A stretch of DNA of 64,000 nucleotides from Rhodobacterales bacterium (GTDB taxonomy: Bacteria > Pseudomonadota > Alphaproteobacteria > Rhodobacterales > Rhodobacteraceae). A program made the translations under genes and the position numbers. Numbering within the stretch: position 1 is the first letter of the stretch; every line of letters starts with the position of its first letter. The stretch spans positions 6,392 through 70,391 of the forward strand of contig JAFLCY010000004.1 of the NCBI GenBank assembly GCA_017303485.1, given 5' to 3'. Shown here piece after piece: positions 60,969 through 64,000 of this stretch. Below the pieces are notes generated by a model. That model ran no database searches, had not been told where the DNA came from, and worked only from the letters and a program-made list of their open reading frames with translations.

Positions 60969-61859
60969 TTGGTGTGGCGCCTGCTCCCCGTGCTTGTCGT
61001 CTGCCTGGGGCAGGCGGCGTTTGCGCAGGAGATCGACCGCTCGCTGCTTCCGCGGCCCAATCCACGGCTTGTGGTGGCGGTGGACCCGACCGCGCCGCCC
61101 GCCGATGCGACCGTCTCTGGCAAGGCCGAGGTCGCGGCGGCTTCCGATCCTGTGCCCGACTCCGTGCTGGCCAGTTCCCTGCGCCCGATGCCCAGGCCGC
61201 GCGTCCTGACCGAGGGTCTTGCCGCCCTGAAGGCGGCCTCGAACGCGCCGGGGCTGGATCTGTCCGGAAAACTGCCGGAGGATGAGATCGACCTCGCCGC
61301 GATGCCGCCGCCCTCGAAGAAGGAAGAGCGGAAGAAGAAGCGCGAGGCGGCTTCGAAGAAGGGCTCGGTCTGCGGCGTGGCCTCGATCAAGGGGCAGGAG
61401 ATCGCGCCGATCAAGTCGAAGGTGAAGGGTTGCGGGGTCGAGGACCCGGTGGCGATCACTTCGGTCGCGGGGGTCAGGCTGTCGCAGACGGCGACGGTGG
61501 ATTGTTCCATCGCCAAGGCGCTGAACCGCTGGGTGGAGGAGGTGGCGCAGCCCGCCTTCAACGGCAATCTGGTCGAGATGCGGGTGGCTGCCCACTACAG
61601 CTGCCGCAGCCGAAACAACATCAAGGGCGCGAAGATCAGCGAGCATGGCAAGGGCCGCGCGATCGACATCGCGGCCTTCGTGCTGTCAAACGGCAAGGTG
61701 CTGACGGTGGCGCAGAACTACAACAAGCTCTTGCGCCGGATCTACAAGGCGGGCTGCGGGTATTTTATGACCACGCTCGGCCCCGGCTCGGACGGCTATC
61801 ACGAGGACCATTTCCACTTCGACGCCTCGGCCCGGAAGGGCGGGGCCTATTGCCGCTAG
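60969..61859 (+). CDS. Extensin-like C-terminal domain protein (putative Zn peptidoglycan peptidase); start uncertain
   Basis: Signal peptide, Pro-rich linker, YSCR, SEHGKGRAID, LGP..D..H.DHFH.D. Confidence 0.8.
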   Translation: MVWRLLPVLVVCLGQAAFAQEIDRSLLPRPNPRLVVAVDPTAPPADATVSGKAEVAAASDPVPDSVLASSLRPMPRPRVLTEGLAALKAASNAPGLDLSGKLPEDEIDLAAMPPPSKKEERKKKREAASKKGSVCGVASIKGQEIAPIKSKVKGCGVEDPVAITSVAGVRLSQTATVDCSIAKALNRWVEEVAQPAFNGNLVEMRVAAHYSCRSRNNIKGAKISEHGKGRAIDIAAFVLSNGKVLTVAQNYNKLLRRIYKAGCGYFMTTLGPGSDGYHEDHFHFDASARKGGAYCR

Positions 61860-62884
61860 CCTGAGGGCGGGATCATCCTTGGCGCGGGGCCAAGGGGGAA
61901 GGGGCCGAAGCTCATCTGCCCTCCGGAGAGCGTCAGTTTCAGCGACAGGATCGAGAGGTCGGGTGATTGTGACGCCAGCGCCTGCATGCCGCGCGCGATG
62001 GTCGGGGCCACTTCGGGCTTGACCACGCCCGCCGCGACCAGGATTGCAGGAAGACGGTCCCAGTTGGTGAGATCGACGGTGATCTCGCCGGCCGCGAAAC
62101 CCTGGTCGTCGGCTTCGACTGCACCCTTGGCGCTGAGGGCAAGCTTTCCCCAGGCGAGGGTCAGGTGGTTGACCTCGATGCGGGTCAGGTAGGGCTTCGC
62201 TGTGGCCGCATGGCGGTCGAGGGGGGCGGAGAAGGTCAGGTAGATGCTGCCGCCGAGGGTCTCTATCGTATCGGGCAGGTCGGAGGGTGGCAGGTCCGGG
62301 ATCGTCACCGCCTTCACCGCCGACAGGAAGCCGGGGTCGGGTATCAGGGGCGCAAGGTCGAAGCCGAAGTCATAGCCCGCGGGCCCCAGCGCCTCGTCCG
62401 CGCGGAGGCCGATGGTGAACTCGCCAAGGCCAAGGGTCCAGTCACGGTCAGAGGCGAGGGCAAGCGTTGTCCCGGCCAGACGCACTTCGGCAAGGGGAAG
62501 GTCAAGCGAGGGCTTGGCACGCAGGCTGGCTTTCAGGTCGGTCGAGCCGATGGTCACCGCCTGGTCCGGCAAGGTCACGACCTGCTCGGGCGGAAGGGCG
62601 GCGATGATGTGCCAGGGCTTCCAGGTCATCGCGAAGACCTGCACGAAGGGGGCCTGCCAGGACGCGCCCGAGGCCGGATCGGCGAGTTTCAGCCCGTCGA
62701 CGGTCAGATCGAATCTGTTCGGGAAGCCTGCCACCGTGACGCCACTGTTCTCGGCGGTGAGCCCCTGTCCGGCCGCGTTTGCGAACCAGTTGTTCACGCC
62801 GTCGCGCACGGCTTTCGAGCCGACGACCCAGTAGCCGGACCAGAGCGCCACCAGCGCCACCAGCAGGAACAGAAGCTTGCGCAT
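61856..62884 (-). CDS. DUF2125 family protein
   Basis: N-terminal TM with WSGYW, V.GFPNRFD, C-terminal GPFPLGPAP. Confidence 0.82.
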   Translation of the reverse strand: MRKLLFLLVALVALWSGYWVVGSKAVRDGVNNWFANAAGQGLTAENSGVTVAGFPNRFDLTVDGLKLADPASGASWQAPFVQVFAMTWKPWHIIAALPPEQVVTLPDQAVTIGSTDLKASLRAKPSLDLPLAEVRLAGTTLALASDRDWTLGLGEFTIGLRADEALGPAGYDFGFDLAPLIPDPGFLSAVKAVTIPDLPPSDLPDTIETLGGSIYLTFSAPLDRHAATAKPYLTRIEVNHLTLAWGKLALSAKGAVEADDQGFAAGEITVDLTNWDRLPAILVAAGVVKPEVAPTIARGMQALASQSPDLSILSLKLTLSGGQMSFGPFPLGPAPRMIPPSG

Positions 62885-63185
62885 CGTGGTGCCCCTTGCA
62901 TTGCTCTGGCCCGGTATCTACAGGGCTGGACGCAACAGGACCAGTCATGCAGTGAGCATTGTCGTGCTTCGGCAGCGGATCGCCGCTCCATGGTCATGCT
63001 GCTGCAGTGAATCCTGGGGCAGGATGCGATAAGGCCGAGGGTGGCCGAAAGTTTGCATAAGCAAAAGCTTAAGAGTTCGGCTGTGCGAACCGGGGTGAAG
63101 CCGGGGTACCCTGTCCAACCCGATCCTGTATTGAGAATCAGTTACGGTCGCCATATCGGCGGCGGTAGTCAATGCGAGTGGAAAG

Positions 63186-63932
63186 ATGGAAACCACTATC
63201 GTCGTCCCTTGCCGGAACGAAGCCAGCAACATCCATTCGCTGATTGAGGGGATTGTCCAAAGCATGGCGACCTCTGGTCCGTTCGAGATCATCGTCGTCG
63301 ACGACGGATCGGACGACGGGATGGCCACCGTCCTGCAAGCGGTCCGCCACGACCATCCGACGTTGCGCGTTTTGCGGCATGATCGCTCTGGCGGGCAGTC
63401 GGCCGCGATCCATTCCGGCGTCCGCGCCGCCCGCTACGACCTGATCTGCACGCTGGACGGCGATGGTCAGAATCCGCCGGAGGAGTTGCCGCGCCTCGTC
63501 GCCCCCTTCCTGGCTGGGGATGCGGCAGAGCTGGGCCTCGTGGCCGGGCAACGGGTCGGACGTCAGGACACCTTGGCGCGGCGGCTTGCCTCGCGCTTTG
63601 CCAACGGCCTGCGCTCGCGCATCCTGCACGATGGCACCCGCGACACTGGCTGCGGCCTGAAATGCTTTCGGCGCGAGGCCTTCCTGGCCTTGCCCTACTT
63701 CGACCACATGCACCGCTACCTGCCCGCCCTCTTCGCGCGTGACGGCTGGCGGATCGCCCATGTCGATGTCACCCACCGGCCCCGGGGCGGTGGGCGGTCG
63801 AATTATTCCAACCTCCAGCGCGGCATCGTCGGGATCTTCGACCTGATGGGCGTCGCCTGGTTGCTCAGGCGGCGCAAGAAGGCGCACCCGACCGAGATCG
63901 GCCCCGAGACAAGCGAAATGGAGGGACGGTAA
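63186..63932 (+). CDS. GT2 polyprenol-phosphate glycosyltransferase (ArnC/Dpm1-like)
   Basis: VVPCRNEA, VDDGSDD, GQSAA, LDGDGQNPP, DTGCGLK, MHRYLP. Confidence 0.9.
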   Translation: METTIVVPCRNEASNIHSLIEGIVQSMATSGPFEIIVVDDGSDDGMATVLQAVRHDHPTLRVLRHDRSGGQSAAIHSGVRAARYDLICTLDGDGQNPPEELPRLVAPFLAGDAAELGLVAGQRVGRQDTLARRLASRFANGLRSRILHDGTRDTGCGLKCFRREAFLALPYFDHMHRYLPALFARDGWRIAHVDVTHRPRGGGRSNYSNLQRGIVGIFDLMGVAWLLRRRKKAHPTEIGPETSEMEGR

Positions 63933-64000
63933 TGACCTGGCTCATGCAGGTGCTGCATGTGGACAACCAGACCGAGCTTGCCTGGGTCGTGTTCGGATTC
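63932..64000 (+). CDS. Start of probable lipid A biosynthesis N-terminal (LAB_N) domain membrane protein (truncated)
   Basis: MTWLMQVLHVDNQTELAWVVFGF with TAATG coupling to the GT2. Family inferred mainly from context. Confidence 0.45.
   Translation, partial: MTWLMQVLHVDNQTELAWVVFGF

Noticed and set aside
63056-63073. PmrA/BasR-like direct repeat CATAAG-N6-CTTAAG upstream of the GT2
   Set aside because: Spacing is one base off the N5 consensus and one half-site mismatches; too weak to call.

Overview
GC-rich (about 65-70% by eye) alphaproteobacterial chromosome segment. Gene content points to Rhodobacteraceae/Paracoccaceae. It is mostly core genome, in this order: (1) end of a cobalamin cluster (cobB, cobA, DUF1636, cobalamin riboswitch, cbtBA, cobF, a coupled APH-family kinase); (2) ffh followed by five tandem coupled RimJ/RimL GNATs, chorismate mutase, rpsP, bluB, rimM, trmD, rplS, rpmE; (3) mipZ and a GH25 lysozyme; (4) a purine cluster (xdhABC plus a BMP-type ABC importer); (5) dnaE with a 1-bp frameshift that is probably an assembly error; (6) a phospholipase D, an RND pump, acuI, higBA and nrdJ; (7) hisS-hisZ-hisG, a DyP/encapsulin pair, rpsD, hss, hisC-tyrC and the start of a GT2/LAB_N operon. 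I saw no tRNA, rRNA, CRISPR array, transposase or prophage. Best candidates for something undescribed: an aminopropanol-kinase-like gene coupled to cobF behind a B12 riboswitch; the five-GNAT array coupled to SRP; an atypical in-frame insert in HisS; four families of palindromic repeats, one with an in-frame copy inside xdhB; and AT-richer orphan genes slotted into housekeeping operons. All family assignments come from motif recognition and memory, not database searches.
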